DNA of 64,000 bases from Spironucleus salmonicida (taxonomy: Eukaryota): contig NC_090598.1 of the NCBI RefSeq assembly GCF_000497125.1, positions 124,001 through 188,000 of the forward strand, read 5' to 3'. Both the position numbers and the translations under genes were made by a program. The notes beneath the pieces are model-generated. The model saw only the letters and a program-made list of their open reading frames with translations. It was not told where the DNA came from and made no database searches. Positions 24,225 through 40,219 of the stretch are shown in pieces; positions within the stretch are counted from its first letter, which is position 1; the number at the start of each line of letters is the position of its first letter.

Positions 24225-25301
24225 TCAGAAAAGGTCGTTTATATCATGTACAATTTATTCCACATGGCTTCCATCTTTCACTTTATTTCTTATCTATTCA
24301 TAATAAAATTATATTTGTCCCACATCTTCTAGCATTTCGAACAGTTATGCAAAAGCTGAATCTGAATAAATATCCTTGCGCTTACTTAATGTGCAAAGAA
24401 TGTCTAAAAAATCTTCTGCGAATCGACCGAATTCGGAAGGCAAATTCTAGACATAAAGGACAAATCCAAGACCAAGAAAATGTTTCGAAATATCATTTTT
24501 AAGAATTATTAAGAACTAAAGCTCATAAATATGATAATAATTGAAAATAGTGCATATTTCATCAATCTAATTTGAATATACAGTGGACTCAATAATTTAG
24601 TTTAAGAAAGTAAAAAATGCTGGTGGTGGTAACTTAATGTTAAAGTCTAATAATTAAATTCGCTATAGAAACTAGCCAAGACCGCTGATGATCCTGTTAA
24701 TTGTATATGTGCTGTAATCAAATTATAGGACTTAAATAAAAAAATCATAAAATTATGGCATTTAAATCATAATAGAATCTTCTGAAATTAAATTTAGCTA
24801 ACAATTTTTTAAAATTTATGTTATTAGAAATGTAGCTGGTCGATGAAGGGTAAAAAATTAACTAAAATTAATTTCCATAAATAATTTAGCAGCATACTAA
24901 CTATCATCAATAGCAAAATTACCCAATATTTTTATACATCTTTCTCTTATCTCAGGAATTTTTGTTAACTAAAGAGTTTACATGATAATATCATCAATTC
25001 CTTATGCAAATGATTATTACTAAAATGTAGTAAATGTTCTAAATGATTCGTGAAGACATCGAAATATTTGTATTTAAGGCTACATTAAAATCTGGGACAG
25101 TATTTTTTAAGAATTGAAACTTAAGAATAAATCTACATATGCAGAGAACTCTTAATCATATGTATTACAAATTTATATGAATATGTCAACATTGAAATTA
25201 AATATAAGTTCGTTTATTTTGTGGATACTCTCTTATGTGACCATAATGTTATTACATGATGGGTAAGAATGATTAATTGATAATTTTCTGAATGTTAACA
25301 T
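24225..25301 (-). CDS. Hypothetical ARM/HEAT-like helical protein (358 aa)
   Basis: Frame walked codon by codon and open throughout. IPEIRERCIKILGNFAIDDS resembles an importin-alpha-type ARM repeat. Confidence 0.6.
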
Positions 25302-25343
25302 TATAGTAATTAATTAAATATAATATAAATATAATATAATAAA

Positions 25344-26372
25344 TCATTTAATTCTTTCAAGCATCGCATAATTCTATAATACATACTCATAATTAACATT
25401 TTATTCCTCTCTAATTCTATTACAATATGATATACTATTCAATAGGATATGCTTTAATTATTATTGGATTGTTATTTTTTCATAATTGTTTTCTAATTTG
25501 GCTCGGTATCCTTATTCACTTTAATCATTAATAAGTGATTTCTTTTCTTATATAATACTAGATAACAAAGTATTCGCCTTTTAATAATCATCTAAAACAA
25601 GTTTAGAAAATTCTAGTTCATTAAACTCAGTTTATGTCTTGGTAAGATCAGTTGTCATAGATTATAAACTAAATATAAGGTCTTACCGTGTTTAACCCAT
25701 CTATTAAACTCTTTTTAATAAAATCTAACATTATTATTTGTCTTATTCTAATATTTAACTTTAAAGATCAAACTCCATTTGTTGTTTTTCTCTCAATAAA
25801 CTATAATTAACTATATGTGTCTGTGTTTCTTCGTCTATTTAGAATATAATATCATGCTCAGTGTCAAATTTACTAGGAACTATTTATTATAGAGATATCT
25901 ATTTTTACACTTTTTACTATACTAACATAGATCCTGTTATTCTAGCACTTCTAAATGGTTTCTAATATTCATTTTTAACCACTTATTATTAAGATAAGTT
26001 CTTATTGTCTTTTTAGAAAGATAAATTTCTTTTTGTTGTAAAACTTTTATTGTTATTACTAAGTTTATTGCTTATATTTTCTAACTTTTTTTAAATTTTA
26101 GGTTCAACACACATAAATTTTTATAAAATTTACTATTTAACATCATTATGTGTATATTGATTATCTAATTTTAACTCATTCGAATCTTTTGTTTGATGTT
26201 TAACGCAATTTTTCTTCTTAGTATGCAAACTTTTATTATTTAACTTATGTTTAACTTGTTTCTTTTTACTAACAGTAAATTGTTAAGCTTAGTTAGTAAG
26301 AATTAAATCAGTAATTTGTAATGGGGTTAATGTTGTCATAGTAGGCTACTGCAATAAGTCTCTCTCTGTCAT
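25344..26372 (-). CDS. Hypothetical Q/K-rich protein (~342 aa)
   Basis: ATG and TGA in the same frame; open where sampled under TAR=Gln. Confidence 0.6.
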
Positions 26373-26416
26373 TAAATTAGATGATAAAATTATATGCAAT
26401 ATAATAAAAATATAAA

Positions 26417-29400
26417 TCATTAGATATTTGCAATTACAGCAACTCCTTTCAAAATCCAACTATTAGCCTTTACGGAACTTTTTAGCTTTATAGTGAATAT
26501 ATAATTTAGTCCAGTCCTGCTTGGATTTTTATAAACTGGGCATTCATATAAAATGATACCTTTTTCTCCAGGTATATCACCGTCGCTAGCATCTATTCGT
26601 AACAGAGGAAGTGAACTAAATAATTAATTTATAGGCTGATCTATCAATTATTCTTTTTTGCTATCCCACGCCGCACCCTGCAGGCTCAGCCCTTCGATGA
26701 AATAACCAGTCTTCTGATCGCTTTTAGGCTTTTAAATTTGGGTCTACAACACGACCCTATCTAAAGGCCATTGATTCCTTCTTGCTAACTCTTATTTTAT
26801 TGCAGTTAAAAAACCAGTTGGGTTGAAGAAACCAGAAATCTGGAATATTTTTGGTGTAACCTTTTACCATAATTTGTATTACAAATGCCTAGAAGACAGA
26901 TCACTTATCCAGAAAGTGAATGATTTTGATGGGAATGAAATGTTGACAAATGATTACGGAACTGATCCATCTGATATATGTGTTAAAACTGATTCCAATT
27001 GCTCAGACATTATTGCAGTCCCATCAATTGCTTTTTAAAGATCAGTAAGTGTATATTTGGTGAACTATAATACCTAGTTAATCCTCTGTATTTCTTAGTG
27101 CAAAAATACATCCAGGGGTGAAATCGACGCTGGTGCATTTGAAACTAATAATTCCGGTAATTTATCTATTATATTTTATATGTTGATATTAGTATTAAGT
27201 TTCTTGCCATCAAGCAAATTGTGTAAAATTTCGTTTGCCTAAACTTCACGGAAAGCCAAATCAGCATTTGCAGACATTTAGAAAACATTTGGTGTATCAA
27301 TAGAAGGTAGTAGTTGTATATAGTCAAGAATTTGTTATAAATTATTTGTTCTTGGTATCGTATGACGAGGCGCAAACTTAAATTCCTAGTCACTTATGCG
27401 GTTATTAAGGAATTCTTACGTATAGGCCATCATCAGACGCCTATCATAATCATCAGTAATTCTACCGCCGTAATGAACTTCGGCTATCATATACCATACC
27501 GTTTTCCACGAAATTGCGACGTTCTTTCTTGAATCAATAGAATAAAGATATTGTTAGATAAACCCTGCTGAGGCATTAAAGTCGTGAAGACCAAATTCAT
27601 ATTTACAACACCATCCAAGGGTTCCAAATTTCTTACGCTCAATTATTGCTGCATGAATGAACGTTGTAGCATATAGCATTGGAAGCCATTGAGGTTTATC
27701 ACCTGAGTCTAAGAAATCTTATGTTAATTATTAATAAACACGCATCATATTAGCACGTAGACCAGTTGGTGGCTCGTTAGTTAATTTGATTGATTTTTAT
27801 AGAAGTGTAATAGGGAATTTCTTGTGGTGTTCAGTTGTAAGAATCAGTCTGAATTCTGAATTAACTTACTAGCTATTATTTAGTAACTAAAAATACCCTG
27901 TTGATTAAACTTATTTTAACAAAGAAGATTTATCTTTGTCTTATGATGCTTTTATCTTTTTAAATATAGAGTCTCTAATCTATATATCAAGTAAAAGCTA
28001 GTCAATTTCTTACATGAAATTAATGGCTAAATGTGAGTTATTAATCATAATCCAATTACCATTTAGTATACACTCAGTGATTAATCTACGTGCGTTTGCC
28101 TCTTATCCTTAGCCCATTGAAATTTATTTTAATTCTAACTTTTTATTCTTAGCTAAAACTTCTAATTATTATGTAGGATCTGACCCCAAGGAAAGTAAAA
28201 ATGTAACCACTTAACCTGGTGAAGTCTCTGTATTGAAAATTTATTCATAATTTGCATTCGCTGGGTTAGTATACTGAGGACCCATCTATCTATCTATATA
28301 ATGTTACGCAGCAAGAATAGTTCGATCATCTCTAAAACATCTTATTAAAAGAAGTCTTTAGAATTATGAGACCCTATCCTAATAATCTGATGGGAGATCA
28401 ACCTATTCTACATCCGACATAAACCACTATTTCCATTCTTCATCATTATCCTAGCAAACATTACAGACAGAATGAAATACAGGTATTTATTATAAAGCAG
28501 TTACATTTCTCCAAGCTTTATCATTACACCATACAGGAAAACTACGTGTTTATTCTATTGACGACCCACCTTTTACAAAAATATTGAACTCCTATGGTGT
28601 TATACTTTCTTTTTATAGCTCTATTTATAATGTTAATTTTAATGTTAATAATTATTTGTCCTTTTCATATAAGCCTCTTAAAATATATGTAAACGCTTTC
28701 TCAGTTAAATACTCTAAAACAAAGTTTATACGTTTATTTGGTACTTGGTGTTGTGGTGAATCTTATATTGATAAATCAAATATGTTTGTAAACTAGTTTA
28801 GTGAAGTTTGATACATATGATTTTAGCTAGTTAAATCACAAATAACAAAATATAATAACGCTCCTCTAGTTGCAATAGGTAAATAGTCTTATCTAGCCTC
28901 TTCTATTTTTCGTTCAGTGTCTACCGCTACAACCAATTTAATTTTCACTTCTTCCGCAGTCTTTTTAGTATTATTTAAGACATCAATAAGCTCTACATCA
29001 TCTAACAAATTTCCAGTTGAGTTAGAAAGCTTATACAATAAATCCTCCTCTAATTTTTAAGCCATTTTTTTATTCTGATTAACTTCTTCTAATAACTAAA
29101 TTCTTTAAAGTTCAAGATCATATTTTTCTAAATTAACAGTTCTAGATAATAGTTATGCTTCTAGCCCTGCAAAGGAGACTGCAAAATCAATAATTGCAGT
29201 TTTAGCATACATTTCAGGTGTATATACTGGAGATGGTAGACGTGTAGTCATAAACATCCTAAAATTCTCATCAACAGTTTTCATTTGATCCCCAACTCGA
29301 ACTTCTTTTCTCAACCCAGAAATTTAATACTACTTTTCTAATATTGGATCCAATATTGGATCAAAGTCTTATTCGACATCTTCTATTAAAAGAATCTATC

Positions 29401-32400
29401 CGTTTTCAACTGCATTTTCTAGTATCATTTTAAATTTACTAGAAGATTACGTGGTAACCACTAATTTTTCTCCATACATATTTTTTATCCATGAGTTTCC
29501 TTGATTTTGAGGATCAATAATTAAAGGATAATTTGGCGAATTTAGGGTAATTATACCGTTTTAAGTTGATATTAGATCGTTCGGTAAGCCTAATAATCTC
29601 CATTCTCCAACTTATGCCTCAGATACTAATTTTTTAACAACATAATTTTCAATTCCTAAAGTATATTAAATTCGATTCTCTTATATAAATTTAACCCATT
29701 TTTCTAATAAAATTTATCGATATTTTTAATTATATGGACCACAATAATTCATAAAACCAGCTATAACAATTGAATTGCCAATTGTTTTTGATATTATTTC
29801 ATCTAATTCTTTAATTTATTGTCCCCATCTATTTCTCTCACCAGATAATCCTTATATTAGAGAAGATGCAGTATGTAGACGCTTCTAAGTTAATTATGCC
29901 TCTCGTTATAGTGTCATTTTCTAGCCATTAACTTCATCAAATTATGCTTATAAATTATCTAATATTAACTATCTATCAGCTAACTCTTATTATGCTTTAC
30001 CTAATTTTTACATTGCTAATCTATAAACATGTTCCATATCTCTAACTTTTTATCTTTTTGGTTCTACCTCTTATGCAATAAAATGATATGCTTTCATAGA
30101 AACTACCCAATTATAAAGACCACACACATCTTTAGATGCTTTTTATGAATATTCAAATGTAAAGTCTAATTATGATAAGTAGCAATCAAGTAATTCGCAT
30201 TGTTCATCAGTAATTGCATCTTTATTATAAATCTACAATTATTGTAAAAATGGACCTGACATAAGTGTATAAGATTATTGCCATGACGGTATATTTGCCT
30301 TTATATTTGCTCTTTATTGATCCATCTGTATTTTATCTAATTTTACATTAAGTAAAATTAAAACTGAATCTAAAATTCTTTAAATTAAATTAGGTGGATT
30401 CAATAGCTTTCTTAAAGTTTAAATCTTGCTCGGCTCAATTGATTTTAATGCATTTTCAGCTTGAATTAAAAGTGGCATAGCTTTTTCTAAACCCGCTTCA
30501 GCAATACCTTTTTATTCTTTAATTTCTTCAGCCTATTTAGTACACTCATCTGCTACTAATTATACCTCAGCTTTAATACCAGCTGCTTCTTTTGTTTAGA
30601 CAGAAATATCTTGCATCATTTCTTCTGTTTTCTTAGATGCAATAGCTAGTTCTTTCTCCTTAGTTTCTAAATGTACTCTCATAGCAGCAATATCATCTGC
30701 AGCATCAAATAAAATTTATAAACCTTTTTTAAGTTTGTTCTATTAATTCTCAAGTTAACTAACTTCTTTTTAATAAATATCTTTATAAATTGTCAAAAAG
30801 GATAAAAATGATTTCGGTGTAATGTTGGTCTTTCTTGACGTTTCTTCACTATATTTTTAGATAATCTCATATACAAAACTATGTACTTATGATAAACATA
30901 TATTTAGATTATCCCCTTAATTAATCATATGACCAGCTACCTATTATAAAGCATCTAAACTCCACTCTCTATAATAATCTATAATACAACCACTAATAAT
31001 TCCTGGATATTTATTACATCTTTCTCTAAATAATAGACCTGGAGAAAATGATAACACTAAATGTAGCTATTATTTCATTTTATTTAAGAAGAATCTCCAT
31101 AAGCTATCATTTGTGTCACTCTATCGAGGGCATTCTTTTTTAAATATAGACCTTGCATCTGAAATTATTTCTTCCCTCTCATCTTTAGCATATAAACCAG
31201 GTACCTCACCAACAGTCAATAGGTTATTAATACGTTCTAAAAACATTTCATTTTTGATATCATTATCTGTAAATCTAAAAATAATATCTTCAAAAAATGC
31301 TTCACGGCCTATTTTTCTCAAATCATCATCAAAATTTTATAAATTATAATTTTTGGTAGCCTAAATTTAAATAAGTTTAAAACCTGTAATATGTGATGCA
31401 ATTTTTACAACACTTTACTTTCCTGAACCACCAACCCCAATTAATAATGCATGTGAGTTTTGTGAAAATAAAATTCTAGTTAATCTTGTTATATGTTACA
31501 TACACGAGTCAAATAATACTAGATCAATTTAACTTTTCCTGTATTTTTCATTATAATCGTTTTAATATTAGCTTAACCGTTAAATTAGTTAGTCTTCGTT
31601 AGCAGCCTCATAAATATGAGGGACCTTAATATCTTAGTCTTCTTCTACAGTGTCAGGCGCATCTCTCATAAAATGTGAAAAATATACATTATTCGCAAAC
31701 TGTGAATATACATTTGCCCCAAATTCTCCTATATCTTAATACAATATTGTTGATAACGTTTATTTAAACCAATTAATATCTTTTTCTTTATTACACCTAT
31801 CAGAAAATACACGGAAGCTTTCATTAATCCATAGTGTTAATAAAGCATGGGGTGTATTAATCACATCTTTATCTGCCTTAATTAACGATTAAGTTATTCT
31901 ACTTAAATCTCTAAGGTTGAATTAATAGTGGAATTATTCCGGTGTTGGTAGTAATTTATCTTTAACCTTATAAAGCAAAGTACGCATTAATTTTGGCAAT
32001 TTTTCAGAAAGACTAGTTACATCTTCTGAAAATAGATCTTTTACAAAATAGTTCTCTAAAAATGATCCAAATATAAAATCTAATTACGAACTATTTGGCA
32101 TATTTAAAAATAAGCAGAAGAATTAACTCTTTAATCTGTTTGGTATATCATTTCTCCCCCCACCTGGTATTGGCATCGCTGCTAAATATTGGAGATCTTC
32201 AATTACTATCATATCTCCTGGCTTAGATAATGAATAATAAAGATACTGTTCAATAATTTATCTTGTTAGCTCATTTGTCGTTTAATCTCCCCACTCATTC
32301 ACTTATGGTGAACTTAAATCATCTAAAAATAGTAACCCTTACTTGTTCAACGGAGGACCATAAGAATTTCCCAATCGTTTTTCTAAAAATGTTTCAAAAT

Positions 32401-35400
32401 TCTTTTATAACATTTCACAAGTTGTCATAGATGATAAATTTATTGTTTTTATCTATTTTTGTGACTCTTACAAAAGAAATGAGTTAATAATTTTACTTTT
32501 TCCACTTCCAGAGTCTCCTACCACTAAAATATTTTATACCTGTGATAATTTTTATATTAAATATTATAATGAGACATTATCTACTATAGGAACTAAAGTT
32601 TCGTTAAAATTACCATTATATACAAATTTTGGTATAATAGACTACCATAATTACCATTCTCCAGCTTCATTCACGAAATAATTAAACATAGACTATGCTT
32701 GATCAGGCTTATCATAGATATCAAACTCCAGAGAATTATATACAAATCGCTAGAAAATTTTCTTCTAATCCAAATTTAAAATTGATCCAAATGAATAAAT
32801 AAGCGTAAAAAATAGAAGTCTATTGATTTTTATTGGGCTTTACAATTTTATTATTTCAGCAATACTATCGGCAAAATAATATAGCATTGAATCTCTTGTA
32901 CTATTAAAGCCTTCCATAACCAAATGTCGTGCTTATATTAACGAATCTGCTGTTTCTGATGTTAAAAGTGATACAAATAATGAAACAAATTGTCTAATGT
33001 ATTACAAAGGTTAAAATTTGAACAAAGTATTTTCCTTGAGAACAAATGAATATACAGAGTCAATAGATTATGTTAAATCTAAATCAATACCCCAGTTTTA
33101 ACTATGAATATTATAGAATGGTCTCCATCCAACCGAATTAAACCCACTCATATAAATCATACCAGCTCTGGATACCGTGGCTGGGGATGCATTATCTAAG
33201 TTATCAACTTCAATAATTAGCTTCATATTCTTTGTCATTGGTATTCTATCAGAATTAGCTAGAGTTAAAAGCTTGTTGTCATCCATAACTGTGTTTAAGT
33301 TTTCAATCCAAACAGCATCTACTGGTCCGTCTAAAACAATAAACGTAAAATATTCAGCTTTTACTGCTTTTCTCCAAAGTGCAGAAAAAATACCATCTGT
33401 CCAGTCTCCTGACGCAGAATCTAGCTTTCCAAACATTTGTGGCGCAGTTATTGCTTTTGGATTCATTTTCATAATAACAGATTTTTTTCCTTAGATTTAC
33501 TGTAGAGATTTTGCTAGTGTATTAATAACCGTTGATTTACCAGCTCCAGATGAACCTAATAACATAACAGAATGTCGGACTGCAAATGATTCATAAAACT
33601 ATATAACAGATTTATACCACTCTGGTTAGAGTTCTAAGTGCAACGATTTAACTTACAGTTAGATTTGATTCTCTAAACTCTCGTATTAATTATCTGGAGC
33701 TTTAACACCTGGAAATAAGTCTTGCATCAGAAATTCAAATAAAGGAATATCCTAAGCAACTAATTTTGAGCGATTCATATCCCTTAATACTCTTAAAATA
33801 ATTAATGATTCTGAAAGTTAGGAATATTAACGTCTTTGTTACCCACATGTTCGTAATACTGATAAAATATTTCTTAAACCAAAATCATAATGTCTTTGTT
33901 ACGATAACTATTCCATGCAAAGCTAATATAAAATAAAGAACTTTTTGGCTAGAGATTTAGATTCAGAAAATCCTGCTGCTGCAAGCTTGACATCCATAAT
34001 AATTTATTTATCGGGAACCATCATAGATACAGAACGAAATAGCACTTTTAAGTTTTCTAATAATTCTACACGGCCAGCATAACCTGGATTCATCGTAATG
34101 AAATAAGCACAAGTACCTAATACTTTAATATCTGTTCCATCTGTATAAATTGAATTTTTCTTCTTTTATTTAATGCATTGCAAAATGCATTAAATTTATT
34201 ATGCTGCAACAGACATAACCGCCAATTCAACCCGATTAAATTCATCAAAATCTCCATATATACCACTTTATGCAATACCTTTATAAATCTTTCCTAAACC
34301 TTTATAATCCATCTAATCTGAACAATTAAACACTACAACAAATTAGCCAATAGTTTTTCCAAAATCTTTACAGGTTTCTGTTTTTCCAGTACCTGCAGGT
34401 CCAGATGGCGCACCACCTAAAAACATACCAATTGCTTATGCTAGTGTGATATAACATCTATCTGTCAATGGTGTGATAACTAGTCTTTCATTAATACCTA
34501 AATATTCATACTAATACGTGAAATTAATATCCGTAATTTAAATAATACAGTCATCAATATCTGTATTCCAATAAACCCTTGTTTATTTTAGCCATTCAAA
34601 ATCAGTTACACTTCGCACAGGTGTATCTCCTGTTACAAGTTAAAAGATTATATCTTTCTGATGCACTTATATAGTGATTAATGTTTCTATATTTGTTCTT
34701 TTCTCAGATGTCATATCTTATTTTATCAAACTAATTAATGATTCCATAGTTTTGTTCACAATAGTTAAATATTTTCTTTATTCTTATTTATCACATCGTC
34801 CTCTAAAATATGATTCACAAGTTTGAGTCCAGACAAACTAAATAAAAACTAGTGAAACTTAAGCTGGAAATTCATCAATAAGCTTGCTTAAATTTTATTG
34901 TAAATCGATTGTATCTTATATTGCAGACTTTAAGATAGCTTTAATGGTTTTTTACATTTCTTTAATCAACAAAGTTAGCCAATCTTCTACATTACCCTAT
35001 GCCATGACTTATTAAATTAGTTCAACAGATTCATTGTTTTTATCTGAAAAATGAGAAATACTTCCTCTTTTCGATTTTTCAAATGTTAGTTGGTACAAGG
35101 CATCAAAAATTTAATTTAAAAATGGTTGAATGGTATTTGGATCTGACTACCCTCCTAAAATTTCTAAGAGTACAGCATCTGAAACAAAACAAAATCTTGG
35201 AAATAAATTACGCTTTTGTTCTAAATATCCACTGAGGCACTTTTAAGTCTCTTCTAATGATTAAAATAGGACTGGTAAATTAGTTATTAGTGCATCATCG
35301 ACAGATGTCAAATAAATACAACCTGGATTACATTATGCATGTCCCATGAGTTTAATCCATGTTTTATCTAAAGTATTAAACTTTCTTGCTTCAGCTGGTA

Positions 35401-38400
35401 ACTATCTAGAAATATCCCCTGATGCAAAAACTGCTTCTAAATAAGTCCAATTTTATTAAACAATAGACCATAATTTGAGAATTTCATCTAAAATACTTAG
35501 CTTTTTCATATATAACTAAATATCTTCTTTAAAAGGCTTATTAAATTTATTAGAATTAAGACTAGATAATATCATTAAAGAGTCCTCTAAAAGGGTATTT
35601 ATTTCTGAAATTCTTTTACTCTCCAATAAACAAAATCCTTTAGTTTTATATTCTATAACAACAAATTTTTTATCTGTCCATAAATCTATTACCTCTTTTA
35701 GCTTATCTTCGATATCTGTTTCTTTACTCGCTGAAATAGCTAGATCTTCTATTTCATCTCTAAATTCAAATATACCTGCTCCTAATAAGACACCCAGCTT
35801 AAATGAATCAGGTTTCTCAACTACCTATAATATTTATTAACATGAAGTAATTTTACTTATCTCTATCCAGTGTCTTTCAATAATAGCTTTATGTGATAAT
35901 AATTACAAGACTGGAAACACAGAACTAAAATCATCAATTTTTTTCTTTAGTTCAATATAAGCATCCCATTATCTCATTTATTTAGGTAATCTTGCGCATT
36001 TATTTTAAAAATCTTATAATACAGACTATATTGCTGAAAAATTAGCTTCGAACCATAAATACTCATTAAAAGAGGAAATTGTTAAGGTGACATCATTATA
36101 TAATGAGTATAACTTTTAAAGCATTATAATTTCTTTCTTAATTTTATGTATTTCAGGGTAATCTGTAACTGGAAGTCCAAATAACTGTTCATTAGATGTA
36201 TATGTTACGAAATTTGACTCAACTTTTTAAAATCGTTAAGAATAAAAATCAAGTTTATTTGAAGCTTCTTATGGTTTAATATCAGGTTTCAAAGGACCAT
36301 TGTCCATATAATCTTATACAAAATCATTAACTTCTAAACTAAATTCTTGAACTTTTTAAGTTAAAGATTACAGCAAAAATGGTTATTTTTCTTTAAGTTC
36401 ATATTGCACATTTAATGCTATAGACTATAATTATTTAAGTTTATATCGTAACTGATCTTCTAATTCTAACTCTGAATCGTTTACTGAATATTCGCATTAT
36501 TATAAAAATAAATACATGTCACGAATTGGCCCAACTTTAATATCAAATAAGGAGTCTAATTCTCTTAATTAATCCAACGTGTTCATAATTATTCTAACCC
36601 CTTCTAAATTATTTTTCGAGATAACTATTTTTAATAATTTCTCAATGCTAATAAACTCTTAATTAATAATATTTAGTTCGTTCCTTGCTTTGTTGTTAAG
36701 TTGCTGACAGAATAGTTACTTAATTTAATTTATTTCAATTAAAATTTATTCTTTAATATTCTTATAATTTACTAAGAAAATACCTTCATGTGTAAAATTA
36801 GGAGTTTAATTAAGCTATTGAATAACGTTATTAAGCTTTGCCACCTAATACTAATAGCCAACTAAATTAGGTTTGCTATTCGCGAATTATTGCAAAATTT
36901 CTATTTTATTATCTGTCCAAAACTATTAAAATTGTTAAAACTCAGTAAGTAAATTATGTTATTTTTAGATAAAATGCATGACTCTACCCTCAATAGAAGC
37001 TAAATTCGTAAAAAGAGTTTTAGAATTTCCAACGTAGTAAAACATAGTTTCTTATGGATTAATTCCATCTAATTCTTTGATAAATTATGATTCATCATTA
37101 TTAATGGACCTAGTTGTTTTTTGATTTAGACCTTATGATCTGTTTGTCAACATAGATCTATCAGTGTTGACCTATTGATCAATAACAGACTTAATTTCAA
37201 CGTTTCTCTCATGATGTATGTTAACGAATTAAGAGCTTACTAACACATTTTAATCATCACCTGTATATAGACTACCAACTGACTGCAAAACAAGTTTTTA
37301 GAATGATGTATTCGAATCCCATAGTGGTAATCGCTAAATAAGTTATACAATTAACTTTTAAAGATCTTAAAATGTAGTTTTTAACAATTTTGCATCTGGT
37401 GCAAATTTAGGTTATGGAATTCCAAATACAATTTCTAAAACAACTAATGGGTCGTCTATAAACTACTCTACTTATTTTTTTTATGCTTGTGCAGATATCT
37501 GCTAAGAAACAAAGCTACTAACATTAAATCCAAATCTAAGGCTCAGATCATTGACAGTGTTAATGAAAATATTATTTATAGCTAAATAGCATTTCTATCT
37601 ATAATAAATAACTAACTCTTAAATGTTAGCCACAAGGGTTTGTGTAGCTGGTGGTAATGCCTCAATTTAGCTTAATAAAGATTGATCTTTCTTAAATATT
37701 GAAGCAATCGCCAACATAAAGTAGTTATGTACAGTTTTAGAATTCTACGAAGTGGAGTTACTTGTATATCTAGATAATATTTACTGCACCAAATATACTA
37801 CCTCTTTAGCTACAGATAGGCTTTCTTAGATTATTTTTTTAATCATTGTTTCAGAATAATTTCTACACTCTTCTACAAAAAGTTGCAATTGAGATGCATC
37901 TGTATTTTCAAGATATTAAGAATAAGCCAACTTAAATTCTACGGATTTCACTAAATCAATATCATACTAACTCATAAATTAGGAAAATAAAAAAGTTTTC
38001 TTTTTCTTAAATGGGAATAATTTTATTTTATTTATTCCTTAAATCATCTAAATTAATTTTTAATTAGAATTAGTAAGAACAGCAATTAAAGAAATGATAT
38101 TTTCAATGTATGACTCAAATTAATATGAGAAATTCTCTATACTAAGAGATGTCCAAGTAAACTAATGTAATCCTGGCTAAATTTTCTTAAACATTGAATC
38201 AATGACAGGTTTCACTAATAATTTCATATGTTATGGAATATATATTCTTTTTATTTTGTTGCAATAATTTGTTAAAATGTCTCTAGTAGATATTAATGTA
38301 GGGAAAATAACTATTAATTACTTCAAAAGATCTGGTAATGGTAGCTTAACTTATTTTAGTATTAGTCCTGTTTTATAAAAATCAATTATTATTGGCGAAA

Positions 38401-40156
38401 AATTGCACTTCAATGATGTAGTTTTTACTAGCAAAGATTTATTTAAATGAATTTTAAGATCTGGCATTGTATTGCATATATTAGTGTATGATTTCTATAA
38501 ACAATCCACAATTTACTATTAAATATTTTAATATAGTCCAACAATTTTACTTCCCATAGAGAATGAAAATAATAATGGTAAATGACATTCTGGAATCTCA
38601 TCTTTTCTGAAATATAATCCAAATTATTATTAGACTTACTCACGTATTTACTATTTCGCAAATTCATTTTAATAATCTGAAATAACAAAGATTCTTTTTA
38701 TAAAAGAAAAATTTTTATCGATTTTAGCTTATAGCAATCTGCAAGTAATCATTTTAGATATCTATTCATTATATTCTTGTATTTTATTGAATTTATTTGT
38801 AACCAAAGTCTGATTTATATTTTTTAACTATTGGTAAAATAAAATCAATAGCATCTTATATGACTCTAGAACCGATTCTTTCATAGATTCTCGACTAAGT
38901 ATCGGATTTAATTGTGATAAAACACTAATTAGCTAGGCAATATCCTTTTGATTAGAAATTTTGTATAAATAACTTTTCATTTCATTTTCTAACGACACAA
39001 TACCATTTTTATAAATATCGAAATCAAATTCAAATTAATTGTCATCATAGTGATTATACGGTTTATTTCTTAAAACTGAAATTAAAGACTCTAAACTTTC
39101 TAATAAACCATATAAACCTGGGATTGTTGTTTAATGTAAATGAGCAAAATTCTAATATGATGTTATAACAAATGTTATATTTTTTAGCCTATTTTCAAAC
39201 TTATCAAATTTGTCAAATATATTTGTTTCTGATATTTGAATCTGATTTTTGTGTATAAATTGTTTAAAAGTTTATTATAATTGTATATTAATTTGTAATA
39301 TATCTTACGATGTAATAATAAATTGCTCTAAATTAATATCATAAATGGTACTTTCTTTATTTATTTACTAATCTATCCTATCTTTACAAATTATAATCAA
39401 CTAATTGACTAGACCTAACATTAATGTAGTTATATGTTCCGGTAAACAATAAAAAGATGACATATTAAAAATCTGTTCTAAAACTTATACAAATTATACA
39501 AGCTATTTTGCAATACTATATAAGGGTTGTCTTTATAAATTTGCAAACAATTGAATAATTTATTATAAATACTTAACATTGTCTTTGCACTCAGTTAACA
39601 TTTTAGCAACTTTTTAATATAAATTACCTTCTGCTTAGGCTTCTAAAATTTCTAAAATAGCAACTCTAACTCTCCAGTATAAAATTTCATTCTAAGGTCC
39701 AGAATCGCTAGTAAATACTCTAGCTTAATTTAATGATATTAACGTTTACTCAGGATTCGAGGAAAATGCAAATTTTTTTACAGATTAAATTTCACAAAAC
39801 AATGACAAAACGCATGAGAGCTACTATTATCCAGTAAAGGCTATTTAATTCTTTATATCAATCTCAAACTAATTTATATCTAATACAGAATTTCCATATA
39901 TAAAGTCATTATCTAATCTCATGATATAGCCATAGAGATTATATTTTGCCAAATCAGAAAGCTAAAAAGAAAGTATAAGTTTTTGATTACAATATTGAGC
40001 AAAAATTACTGGATTCTCTTTACTAGATATGAAATCAATCAGCATTTAAGTGGCGTTAATAGAATCAACGCTAGCTAAAACCTCATCATAATCTAAAATT
40101 AATATGTCAGATATCCGTAAACACATTGTTCTAACATGAGGATTATTTAGGTTCAT
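26417..40156 (-). CDS. Axonemal outer-arm dynein heavy chain, gamma type (DNAH5/8-like), ~4579 aa
   Basis: Same frame at all sampled points: GPQNEILYW, P1 [20 protein letters not shown]2 [43 protein letters not shown]4 [20 protein letters not shown]-terminal WILKGVAV. Confidence 0.95.
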
Positions 40157-40219
40157 AGTTGTGAAAGGGATAAATAAAATATTTACATAAATAATTATAT
40201 AATACTATAAAAATAAATT

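Noticed and set aside
3-40156. Functional cluster of flagellar genes (CFAP44, centrin, WDR17, dynein)
   Set aside because: Interspersed with unrelated housekeeping genes; such genes are common in a compact flagellate genome.
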